From Oculina patagonica (Eukaryota), in NCBI RefSeq assembly GCF_052425735.1, contig NC_135767.1:6138001-6202000 (forward strand): a stretch of DNA of 64,000 nucleotides, in the 5' to 3' direction. The translations under genes and the position numbers were made by a program. Each line of letters starts with the position of its first letter. Positions within the stretch are counted from its first letter, which is position 1. Below, piece by piece: positions 23,732-34,582 of this stretch. The notes under the pieces were generated by a model. It worked only from the letters and a program-made list of their open reading frames with translations. It was not told where the DNA came from and did no database searches.

Positions 23732-25272
23732 AAGACTAGCTGTCAGGCCCAAGCTGTGTAGATCGACATAGAGTTGCAAAGTGCAATTGACACCCTCAGA
23801 ATAGCGTGAAAAAGTAGCTAAATTCATTTCTTGCAATGTGCAAAGCTGCCTTCAGTTCTAATTGAACTGGTAGAGATTGAGACAGCGCTAAATTACGAAC
23901 GATAAACTACAAAACTGTAGACAAAGATGCGCCTTCCATTCCGCATCTATTTGGCGCAAATAGCGAAACAACAAATTTATTTGACTCAATTTAGCTATCA
24001 TGCAAAGCCACCGATTAGAAAATTTTAATAAATGTAGACGGGTTAACTGGCATTAGGTTAGGTTTCACAACAGTCATTTAACAGTTTGAGGTTATGCCGA
24101 TTCCTCTTTGGATGGGGGCAAATCTCTAATATTATGACCTATACCAGAGTGAAAACGTTTCCTAGCAGTTAGGTTTTATAACTAATTATAAGCATGCTAA
24201 GTCCGTGCTATGTATTGTGTTTTGTGGTACATATGTATGATAACAGAAAGTTCAGTTAATTCAAGTGAATTATAAAATGAAAAAAATGTACAACGTTGAA
24301 TTGTCCATCTTTTGATGGCAAGAAATTCATCAAACCCAAAACTTGTATTTCAAAAACAGTTTTAACGAGTTTTTTACCTCATGAACAATCTTTTAGTAGT
24401 AGTAGGCATCAGTAAGCTCAGTGAAGGTTCTGTTTCAGTGGAACGACATTAATGTTCCAGTTAGATTTAAACAACTCTCGCAGGAATAAGCGACCAGAGA
24501 AGACGAATGAAATTTCAGCCATCATTGTTTGAATAATGGTATTTAAAACGTTAACATAATGCTCGATTCTCATTAATTCTCCGTGCGCCTATTTTTCTCA
24601 TAATTGGCTCGCGGTGCGAGTGTCTCATCCACCTAACAGAAAAACATGGCGGCTGTACATTTTACGGCAATAAAACTCAACCCAAGTTAAGAATGACGTC
24701 ATGTAACTAAAGACTAAGCCAAACTTAATGAAGTTAACAGTGTCGAATTTTTTTTCCCGCAGTTTCGCTTTTCCCTGGGTCTCCGAGGATGCACCAAAAC
24801 TTGTTTTTGTATGGTTAGAAACAGAAAGGGTTACTCAGAAATAACGAGACAGCCTATCCACGAGTAATGAAAGTATTAGATAAAAGGGAAAGTTAACGTC
24901 CTAGTTAATGAGGATTTGCCATAAAAAGACAGGTGTCCTCATCTGCAATAATTTTTCCGAACTGTCATTATGTAGGCTAGTGAGTGTAGGCTACACTCTT
25001 TTTTTAATATAAGAAGGTCTAATTTTTTGGCCTGGACTGAACGTCCTTAACTTTTTCGGAGTTTTGAGCCTGAAATCTTCTTAGAATGTTCTTATTTTTT
25101 TTTTAAAAAAAAGTAGTATTGCAGTAAATTCATTCCTAACAGATATGTACATGTTCACGTCACCAATGAGTGATGCCAATATTGGTTACAAGTCAGGACT
25201 GGGCCGAGGTATGGCGCCGTGAAGAACGTGCTTATCTCCGCTCGCAAAAAATTCGCTATTTCTTGGAAGTCA

Positions 25273-26238
25273 ATGGCGGAATCTTTGCTAAAATACGTAT
25301 CAAAAAGAAGGAACCGATCCTCCGACAGCTCGACGGATGGAAAAGTGGATTCTCCAGCAATGAAAAAAGTAAAAAACACAAGCGCTCCCGAGTCTTCGCC
25401 GCCACGCGAGGAACATGGCGAACATAACGATGACAGCGACCTTGTGCTGACCGCGCTCGAACTAACGGACGATCTTAATGGAACTCTAAAATGCATCCTA
25501 GAAAAGCTCAAGAAGCTGGATACCATTGAAAACGCCGTTAAAAAAATTGAAGGCAGCTTGGACAAATTAGAAAGAAGAACAGGGATACTTGAAGAATTCG
25601 AGAAGACGGCGAGAGAAGATATCGAGAACCTAAAGTCAAACCACATGCTGATTGAAAAGAAACAAGATGGCGATAAAAAGGCCTTAGACAAAAAGATCAA
25701 AGGTATTGAAGGGAAAATAGCCGAACTAAAAGTCAAGGAGGGAGAAATTGACCAAACTTTAAAAGACCTCAACACGAAAGATTTATATTTAGAAGCTTAC
25801 TCGAGACGCGAGAATATAAAATTTAACAACATCCCTGAATTTCCTTCGCCGAGAAATGGTTTAGAAGACACAGAAGAAGTGCTTAGATCCTTCCTGGAAA
25901 AGCAGCTGGGCTATCATGATGCAAGTTCTGTGGAGATTCAAAGAGTTCATCGACTGGGGAGAAAGAAAGAAGATGGAGGAGCGCGGCCAATTCTTGCCAG
26001 ATTCCTTCGCTTCAAAGATTGCGAGAAAATTCTCGGTCTTGGCTCCCGTCTCAGAGGTACGAATTTCCAGATGTTTAAGGATCTCCCTCAAGAACTGGTG
26101 ACCAGAAGACGTGAACAAATGGATACCTTCAAGACGGCAAAACGAAATAATATTCCCGTATCCTTTAGCAAATCACAACCGGACAAACTATATGTAAGAG
26201 GTAAACTTTGGCCAGTTGGCCAGGTGCTGGACATCTAA
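25273..26238 (+). CDS. LINE ORF1p (coiled coil plus L1-type RRM/CTD)
   Basis: First in-frame ATG at 25273; heptad region followed by EAYSRRENIKFNNIPE, IQRVHRLG, RPILARF and FKDLP motifs typical of L1 ORF1p. Confidence 0.88.
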   Translation: MAESLLKYVSKRRNRSSDSSTDGKVDSPAMKKVKNTSAPESSPPREEHGEHNDDSDLVLTALELTDDLNGTLKCILEKLKKLDTIENAVKKIEGSLDKLERRTGILEEFEKTAREDIENLKSNHMLIEKKQDGDKKALDKKIKGIEGKIAELKVKEGEIDQTLKDLNTKDLYLEAYSRRENIKFNNIPEFPSPRNGLEDTEEVLRSFLEKQLGYHDASSVEIQRVHRLGRKKEDGGARPILARFLRFKDCEKILGLGSRLRGTNFQMFKDLPQELVTRRREQMDTFKTAKRNNIPVSFSKSQPDKLYVRGKLWPVGQVLDI

Positions 26239-26706
26239 TGGAGCAAACTCCTCGTAAACCCTTTCTTTGTTCTTTCTAGTTTTTGCTCTTTACCACCCTT
26301 GAGCTAAAACTTTTTTCGCCACTTTTTATAAGGACATTGTAGAATTTTGCGAGCGGAGAGAGCTGCTGAAGAACACCGAAAAACCAAAAGCTCACTCTTA
26401 AACTAATTGCGTGTTTAATCTTCCCTAACTGTTGCTTGTCGTCGCTCTGTATGTTGTCGCTTTTTTCCTTGCTTCCAACGTTTTTTTGCTCGTACGCTAT
26501 GTGTAGCTTAAGTTTTCACTTATATTCCATTTGTAATTTTTTTGTTATTTATTTATTTCTTTATTTCTGCAGCAAAGTTAATTTTGTCTTCCAATGGTTA
26601 TATGCTAATGTCGAACCAGTATTTTTAAAGCATGTGGTCATTTTGAGACCGTTATTTATAAAAATGCAAATCAGTCATCACAATCTCTTTTACTTCACAT
26701 AATATA

Positions 26707-29700
26707 ATGGATCTGAAATTAGCTTCCCTTAACGTCAGGGGATTAGGAAACAATACAAAAAGGAGAGAGGTGTTCAATTGGTTGAGAGAGAAAAAGCAAT
26801 CTATATATATGCTGCAAGAGGTTCATTGTTCTGAAGACACTTCGGAAATATGGGCTAATGAGTGGGGCTACAAAGCGCTTTTCAGCTGCTGCAGCAGCAA
26901 AAAAGCGGGTGTTGGCATTCTTTTTTATAACAACTTTAATCTTCAAATTCAAAGGGTTTTTTCAGATCCGAATGGTCGCTTTATCATATGTGATATCGTT
27001 GCTAATGGAAAGAATCTTACCGTGGCTAACATATACGCACCTAACGAAGACGATCCAAATTTTTTCCAGCTTTTTTTTGATCATTTATCTAGCTTTAAAT
27101 GTGAGGAAATTATAATCGGTGGGGACTTTAACTTAGTTCTTAATACTGAAATAGACAAAAAGGGCGGCCTTGCCAGAACACACAAAAATGCCTTAAAAGT
27201 GATTCGAGATTTCTCTGAAAATCTTGGTTTGACCGATGTCTGGAGAACGCTAAACCCGGAGGTTAAGAGATATACTTGGCGCCAAAACAAACCCGTCATA
27301 CATTGCCGACTCGATTTTTTCCTATTAAGCGAATCATCTTTATGTGATGTTACTCATGCAGACATTGTTCCTGGCTTTAAAACAGACCACTCAATGGTCA
27401 CCCTAAACTTATCTCTACACTCTAACCCCAGGGGAAAAGGTTTCTGGAAGTTGAACACTTCTCTTTTGTCTGAAATCAGATATATTGAAGAAATCAAAAC
27501 AACAATTAATATCACCGTGAACCAATACAAGGATGACACAACGGTGAATCCGGCTCTTCTTTGGGAAATGATCAAACTAAAAGTGCGAGAAAAAACAATA
27601 TCCTACGCCGCGTACAAAAGCGCAACTACAAAGAAACAAGAAGAAGCACTAGAAAGTGAAATCGCCTTGTTAGAAAATCAACTGGATAATGCAGAAAATA
27701 ACAACCCCTTATATCACATCGTCGCAGAAAGAATTACCACCTTAAAGAAAGATCTAGAAAAAATCATTGAGTATCGTACTAAAGGCGCTATCATTAGATC
27801 AAAGTCGCTATGGTACAACGAGGGCGAAAAGAATTCAAAATATTTCCTAAATCTCGAAAAGAGGCACTGTAAACATGGAACAATAAGTCAATTAAAAGTC
27901 AGTGACAGCGACTTTGTAACCACGGATAAAGCTATTTTATCTGAATGTACAGATTTTTATAGAAACCTCTACACGTCCAAAATCCCAGACTGCTTTCAAT
28001 CATCAGTGTTCGCCAAAGTAAACACCACTTCATTGACTCAAGAAGAACAAACCCTCTGCGAAGGAAAATTAACTCAAAAGGAATGTTTTGAAGCGCTGAA
28101 GAATATGAATCCCGACAAAACACCAGGCACTGATGGATTTCCCGCTGAATTTTACAAAGTCTTTTGGAAAGATATCGCCCCGTTTTTGATCTCGGCCCTC
28201 AATTATGCTTTTGACTCTGGTTGCCTCTCAGTTTCACAAAGGCGAGGGGTCATAAAGCTTATCCCAAAAAAGGATGCGGAACTTTACTTCATCAAAAATT
28301 GGCGGCCCATTACTCTTCTTAATACTGATTACAAAATTGCCGCAAAATCTATCGCAAATCGAATTAAACGCGTCCTCCCAAACCTTATTAACCACGATCA
28401 AACAGGATTTTTAAAAGGCAGATTTATAGGTGAAAATATTCGGCTTATCGATTGCATCATCCAATATGCCACAGAAAAGAACATTCCGGGCCTACTTCTT
28501 TTCATAGACTTCGAAAAGGCTTTTGATTCTCTTGAATGGTCCTTCATATATGACACTCTAAGAACCTTCGGCTTCGGTGCTTCGCTCACTAATTGGGTAA
28601 AAACTTTATATAACAATACCGAAAGCTGTGTTCTAAACAATGGCTGGGCTAGCGATTTTTTTGAAATTCAAAGAGGTGTTAGACAAGGCTGCCCACTGTC
28701 ACCATATCTATTCATTCTATCGGCAGAAATTTTGGCCATCGCGATAAGAAACAATACAAATATAAAGGGAATCTCTGTAAACGATGAGGAAATTAAGATA
28801 AGTCAGTACGCCGATGATACAACACTAATTCTTGACGGGTCTCATGAATCTCTCTTTTCATCTCTTGCAATGCTTGATGAATTCAGCAAAGTCTCTGGCC
28901 TCAGGCTCAATGACAAAAAAACTGAAGCCCTATGGATCGGTGCAAGTATTGGAAATGACAAAATCGTGCTACCAGGAAAAGAACTCAAATGGCCAAAAAA
29001 CAAGGTAAAAACCCTAGGGCTATGGATCTCTACAGACCCCGAACTATCTGTTTCTTTAAACTACAGCGAGAAACTTGAGAAAGTTAAGGAAATGTTAGGA
29101 TGTTGGAAATACCGCAGGCTCACCTTGTTAGGTAAAATCACTGTAATCAAGTCATTAGTAGTCTCTCAACTGGTTTATTTACTCTCTCCCCTTTGCTCAA
29201 ACCACAATGTCATTAATGAAATTAACAATCTGCTTTATAACTTTCTGTGGAACGGTAAAGGCGACAAGATTAAGCGAAAAGTTATGATAAACGATTTTGG
29301 TAATGGTGGCCTAAAAATGATTGACATTATCTCCTTCAATAAATCTCTTAAGACCACCTGGATTAAAAAATATTTAGATAACAGTAACAGCGGAAAATGG
29401 AAAATCTTCTTCGATATAGCTCTCGAAAAATATGGCTGCCAAAACTTTTTTTCTTGCAACCTCAGCGCTAGAGACACCTTAGCGACAATAACAACTTCTG
29501 ATGCCTTTTTAAAAGAAATATTAGTTATTTGGGCAGAAGTTAACTTTGAGCCTGAAATAACATCTAAAGATCGTTTTTTGGACCTGCCACTTTGGTATAA
29601 CTCCCTTATAAAAATAGCAAACAAGCCAGTCTTTTTTAAAAAATGGTTCACAAAAGGAATTACCATGGTAAAACATCTTCTCGGTCCAGACACAAACACC

Positions 29701-30471
29701 TTTCTATCGCAAAAAGATTTCTACTCAAAGTATGGATTGGATCCTCGCCCTCTAAGTTTCTACGGATTAATATCGGCGGTAAAGTCCCTTCGGGCTAAAT
29801 CTAACTTCCGAGATGTACAGAAAACCAACTGCGACCATGTGCCACTCACAACAAAAATTCTACAGGCCCAAAAGGCAACTTCAATAGTATACAATAAACT
29901 GATTAGCAACAAAAGTCTAACGCCAGAATTAAGTCAAAATAAATGGCTAGAAGACTGTAACCTACCAATAGAGGTTAATATAAATTGGACCGCTGCCTAC
30001 GTCTTGGCTAAGAAATGCACCAAGAGTACTAAACTTATTGAATTTCAATTCAAACTCCTACATAGACGCGTGTCAACCAATACCTTCTTAACTAAAATAG
30101 GTCTAAAAGATAAAGAAAACTGCAGCTTCTGTCACTCCTCCCCAGAGACATTAATTCATCTTTTTTGGTTATGCGACAAAACATCACACTTCTGGAAAGA
30201 AGTTATCAAATGGCTAGAAAACGTAAATTTACTGCCTAAAGACTACAACTTATCAAATGCCACTGCTTTGGGGCTGAGGCCAGACAATTCTCAATCTGCA
30301 CTTTTAATCAACTACTGTCTTCTCTTAGCACGATATCACATATGGCTAACTAAAACAAAGGAAATGTACCCAAACTTAACGTATTTCATATGTCTACTCA
30401 AATCTTATCGTGAAATAGAAACAGAAAGTGGAGAAATTAAAAAATGGAAACCTTTTGCGGGATACATATAG
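26707..30471 (+). CDS. LINE ORF2p: APE endonuclease, reverse transcriptase, C-terminal CCHC zinc finger
   Basis: SLNVRGL, LQEVH, NIYAPN, GGDFN, RLDFFL, TDH (endonuclease); WRPITLLN, IDFEKAFD, RQGCPLSP, QYADD (RT); CSFC...HLFWLC. Confidence 0.97.
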   Translation: MDLKLASLNVRGLGNNTKRREVFNWLREKKQSIYMLQEVHCSEDTSEIWANEWGYKALFSCCSSKKAGVGILFYNNFNLQIQRVFSDPNGRFIICDIVANGKNLTVANIYAPNEDDPNFFQLFFDHLSSFKCEEIIIGGDFNLVLNTEIDKKGGLARTHKNALKVIRDFSENLGLTDVWRTLNPEVKRYTWRQNKPVIHCRLDFFLLSESSLCDVTHADIVPGFKTDHSMVTLNLSLHSNPRGKGFWKLNTSLLSEIRYIEEIKTTINITVNQYKDDTTVNPALLWEMIKLKVREKTISYAAYKSATTKKQEEALESEIALLENQLDNAENNNPLYHIVAERITTLKKDLEKIIEYRTKGAIIRSKSLWYNEGEKNSKYFLNLEKRHCKHGTISQLKVSDSDFVTTDKAILSECTDFYRNLYTSKIPDCFQSSVFAKVNTTSLTQEEQTLCEGKLTQKECFEALKNMNPDKTPGTDGFPAEFYKVFWKDIAPFLISALNYAFDSGCLSVSQRRGVIKLIPKKDAELYFIKNWRPITLLNTDYKIAAKSIANRIKRVLPNLINHDQTGFLKGRFIGENIRLIDCIIQYATEKNIPGLLLFIDFEKAFDSLEWSFIYDTLRTFGFGASLTNWVKTLYNNTESCVLNNGWASDFFEIQRGVRQGCPLSPYLFILSAEILAIAIRNNTNIKGISVNDEEIKISQYADDTTLILDGSHESLFSSLAMLDEFSKVSGLRLNDKKTEALWIGASIGNDKIVLPGKELKWPKNKVKTLGLWISTDPELSVSLNYSEKLEKVKEMLGCWKYRRLTLLGKITVIKSLVVSQLVYLLSPLCSNHNVINEINNLLYNFLWNGKGDKIKRKVMINDFGNGGLKMIDIISFNKSLKTTWIKKYLDNSNSGKWKIFFDIALEKYGCQNFFSCNLSARDTLATITTSDAFLKEILVIWAEVNFEPEITSKDRFLDLPLWYNSLIKIANKPVFFKKWFTKGITMVKHLLGPDTNTFLSQKDFYSKYGLDPRPLSFYGLISAVKSLRAKSNFRDVQKTNCDHVPLTTKILQAQKATSIVYNKLISNKSLTPELSQNKWLEDCNLPIEVNINWTAAYVLAKKCTKSTKLIEFQFKLLHRRVSTNTFLTKIGLKDKENCSFCHSSPETLIHLFWLCDKTSHFWKEVIKWLENVNLLPKDYNLSNATALGLRPDNSQSALLINYCLLLARYHIWLTKTKEMYPNLTYFICLLKSYREIETESGEIKKWKPFAGYI

Positions 30472-30811
30472 GTATGTTTAATATTGTTATGTCCGTGCTG
30501 TTTTTTCTTTTTTTTCTTACTTAACTTTATACTCCTAATCTCATGACAGGAACATAGGTTACTGTTTTTTTAAATATCTCAAGTGCAATCACATGCTTTT
30601 GCCTTACTTTAACAATCAACGGTACATTGTGTCTTCCTGTAATTATGGTTATTTGCCTTCTTCTTTTCTTTGCCCTGTGGTGTTATTGTAATTGCTAGTA
30701 GTTTAAGTAGTGTTTTGTAAGCTGTATTTAGGTATTGTTAAAGACTGTTAGTAGTTTAAGTACTGTAAGCAGTGTTAACCGTGTACTTTTGTTATTGTAC
30801 TGTAATCGCTG

Positions 30812-30848
<37 letters not shown>

Positions 30849-31870
30849 AGGATTTGAATAAAAATTTATTTATTAAGTTCATAGATTTTTCTCTCGCAAC
30901 AAAGAGGAAAATATAAAATTCGTTCTTAACGAAATTTCAGCCTTGGGCACGTTTTTAAGATGTTCTTAATTTTTGGCCTTTTTTCATCCTCGATGTTCTT
31001 GTAAAAAAATGTTCTTATAAAAAAATGAATTCTGTAAATTGTCGACTCTAAGAAAATATGGAAATATTTAGTTGACTAATGCAATATCAGGTGACCAATA
31101 ATTGCCACTGGTTAAAATTGATAAATGACGGATGACAAATTTTCTCCGGACTTAAAATTTTTGTGTTAATGGATCTATAAAGCCTCAGCATCTTACAATG
31201 TCTAAATGCATCGCTGATATTCTGTGTTCCTGAACCCCGACAGAAAAACAAATGATTCCTTACACAGCTTACTCGATGCCTTCAATCACAATTATAAAAG
31301 ATTATTATGTAATAATCAATCCCGATTTTCGACGTTGCGCGATAACAAAAATAGGTTTAATGTAAATTACTGGATTAAACTTCTACTTAAATGCTCTGCC
31401 CAAAAATAATTATAACGGCAGAACTATTGGAAAAATAGCACAATCTCAAAATTTTTGTTTTATAAATAGTAAGCGCTGTAATATCAAGCATCTGACAGAT
31501 ATATCAGTTTTAACCTCAAATGTTCACGAAAATGGACGAATGAGGTAATTTGAAAGTATAATGCAATTAAAACTGGGCCTTTTAGGATAAATAGGAAGTC
31601 GAGTGAAAAAGGCACTTACAAAACACAAGTGGGCGTGTAAACAGCGACATATGAACTCATCCAAATTTAAAAGAATAATGCAATAAACACCGGGCTTTTA
31701 AGGATAAACAAGAAGTCCTGTAAAAAAATACACGCACAGCACAAGAGGGCGTGTTGTCAGCAACATATAAATCATCATTTCAAAAACAAAGCTGCAAGGT
31801 GATACTTTATTCCTCAATAGTCCTCAAGCACTCTTCAAGGCAATCTCAATTTTCTGACCACCAAAGAACA

Positions 31871-33721
31871 ATGGGGAAATTTTCTGGAGTAGGAAACTAC
31901 ACAAGCAAACTGAACCAAACACTCAACGCACCACCAGCAGGCATAGTTGAATTTTTTTCAGCTTTGAACATTTTTCTTTCCATCACCGCTACTGTGGGCA
32001 ATGCTCTGATCCTTGTGGCTCTGAAGAATGTCTCTTCTATTCATCCTCCGACAAAACTTTTCTTTCGATGTCTGGCGGTCACTGATCTTTGCGTTGGTCT
32101 TATTGCACAACCACTTTTTGCGACCCTCAGTTTGTCTTTTATAATAAAAATGAACGTCAATGTGCTGTACTACGTTAGCAACGTTTGGGTAGCTTCAGCG
32201 TTTATTTTAAGTGGCGTATCTGCCTTGACGTTGACAGCAATTAGTGTGGAGAGACTTTTCGCACTGTTGCTGGGACCCAGATACAGACATTTCGTAACGT
32301 TAAGGCGAGTTCGTGTAGTTGTAACTTGTCTCTGGATAATCGCAACTGTAAGTGGATTGCTCCGGGTGTGGAGAAGCGATATCGCAATTAAGGTCGCGGG
32401 GGACACCTTAGGCTCATCATTATGCATTTATTTAAAGCGTATGCACGAAGTGCAACGACTCACATCGACAACTTTACGAGATATTTATGACTGGAGAAAA
32501 ATATGGGCGCGTGCGCGTGATTTGTAAAAAATCCCTGTTTCTTTGATATTTTAACCAATTTAAAACAACACTTAGCGATATACGTTCATATAGATTGTAG
32601 GAAGTCTTTGAGCTTATTTTTATTTAAATTTGACTATTTCTGCAACTAGTGTACTCAGAGTAATCACAAAAATATTCGGCATAAACAATCGTGTCCTTTT
32701 TGAAAACGCATTGTTCTCACCATAAAAGCGTGGAATATAATTACCATAATTACATCTCTCCTTGGCAAAATGATCGTATTTAGGTCGGGACACCTTCGGA
32801 AATCTCAAAGTTTGGACTTTTCCGACAATTTTGTGGCAGAGAATACAGCGCGGATACAGAACTTCATGACTTGCCACTGCAGATAGGTAAACTATGAATA
32901 CTGTAGTGTGTCATAACAGAAGCGGAATTTTAAAAGAGCGCTTTTAGAAAGAGGTAGAAGACGTTAAATTCAAATTTGCGCACTTAAACCGCCATAACTT
33001 GCTGGCAAACTTTAAATTAAAAAATCTGCTTCTGTTATAACACTCTAGAGGTATTGACTGATTAGTTTTTGACAAAATCGCAGTGTGCTGTCTTCTACTC
33101 GTTCCGCAAACTCTGCCACAAAATCATTTTTTTCCCAATTTGGCACTAACGAGGCTATAACATCGCCGTAAAATGCAATCTACCAAATAAAAGATGACAT
33201 TCACAATCTTTCATCATTTCGTTATGTCTCTGTAAATTTGAGCTTAATCGCACCCATAACAGCCGAGAAATAAGCGTTTTAAAGGATGCAGGTCAAGCAA
33301 AATTTCCCTTCATGAATTTATTCATGCTGTTGGTATCCCCCGCGACCTTAAGGCAGCCACTGTTGTCTTAATACTTTGTCTGTTTACTTCCATTTTCTGT
33401 TACACGAGGATCCACCTCAAACTACGACATCAACAAGCCCAAGTACAACAAAACGGAGAAGGGATTCCACTAAACATAGCAAGATACAAAAAGACAGTTT
33501 CCAGCGTTATGTGGGTGCAGTTGGCATTAGTTGCCTGCTATGTTCCGTGGGGCATTGTGATTGTGCTAGATGTGAATGGAATTGAACATGATGTGGCTTG
33601 GTTCTCTTCGTCAACTCTAGTCTTCTTAAACTCATCTCTTAACCCGATTCTATACTGTTGGAAAATGCTAGAAGTTAAGCAATCAGTTAAAGGCACAATC
33701 AGGCAGTTTTTCTGTTTGTAA
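31871..33721 (+). pseudogene. GPCR copy 9, interrupted by a MITE at the ECL2/TM5 boundary
   Basis: The frame ...SDIAIK resumes as AATVVLILCLF after 33351. Also a 21-nt in-frame ICL3 deletion near 33447 and DRL changed to ERL. Confidence 0.88.
32392..33347. mobile_element. Kolobok-like non-autonomous DNA transposon (956 bp)
   Basis: TTAA TSD (32388-32391, 33348-33351); 16-bp TIR ggtcgcgggggacacc / ggtatcccccgcgacc. TTAA with purine-purine (GG) ends fits Kolobok rather than piggyBac. Confidence 0.88.
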
Positions 33722-34106
33722 AAGACAAGCTGTGTAAATCGACATAAAGTTGCAAAGTACAACTAATAGTCTTAATTTGCATCTTGCAATGTTGCTTTTA
33801 AATTGTATGAAAAATATTGAGAAAGCGCTAGATTACGAACGATAAATTGTAAAACTGTAAACAAAGATGCGCCTTTTGTTATTCATCTATCTGGCGGAAA
33901 TAGTGAAGAAGCAACTTTGTTTAACTTTCATTTAACTATCTTGCTAAGCCACCGATGGGAATATTCTAATAAATGTAACCGCGATGTTAGGTTTCACAAG
34001 TTTAATCCAGTTTTAACTCTGGTAGTCATTGGGTATCCGGTCATTTCGAAACAAGCTTACGTTACTTGAAGTCCTTTCGATGCAAAATACCATACTATAT
34101 ATTAAA

Positions 34107-34582
34107 TAGATTTAGCCAAGCCTAAAAGTGGAGCTCCCCTGTTATTTACTTTGCCCTTTTCGAAAATCCGAATTTACTTAACGATAACAGGAAAAAAATA
34201 AAGCAGTTGAGCCCGTGATCCAATTTAAACCATTACATGGCCAGCGGTAAATTTAAAAAAAAAACATTCGACCTCGATGATTTCTATATGTGAGCCCGCG
34301 ATGTGATACTGGTCAGCGGATACCTTGTTTTGACAGCTGTCAATTGACTATGACATGTATTTCCAATATCAAAGATGTAAGCTGACGTTAACCATAACCT
34401 TAAACCTATTTCTGGAGTATGGCCCCCATGTTGGGGTGACGTCGTCGCTTGGGCGCACGCGCCCGCGAACCATGCCCCTAGCAATAATGACCATGAATAA
34501 CCAAAAATATGGGTCTGTTAATTTTCTATGGGTATGGGGCTCTGCTCTGCGGCCCTTGCGGCCGCTGGGAGCTCCGCTATAA
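34107..34582. repeat. Interspersed repeat related to the element at 4982
   Basis: Shares the atagatttagccaagcct start and the tcagcggatac...gttttgacagctgtcaattgac core. Confidence 0.6.

Larger units (their letters stand above)
25199..30843 (+). mobile_element. Full-length L1-clade (L1/Tx1-type) non-LTR retrotransposon
   Basis: Two intact ORFs; poly(A) from 30812; 9-bp TSD aagtcagga (25190-25198, 30844-30852); empty paralogous site at about 8350-8380 (ggttacaagtcaagatttgaat). Confidence 0.95.

Noticed and set aside
25155-25775. 206-aa antisense ORF over LINE ORF1, and recurring antisense or alternate-frame ORFs over the GPCRs
   Set aside because: Shadow frames of real coding sequence; recurrence simply follows paralogy.
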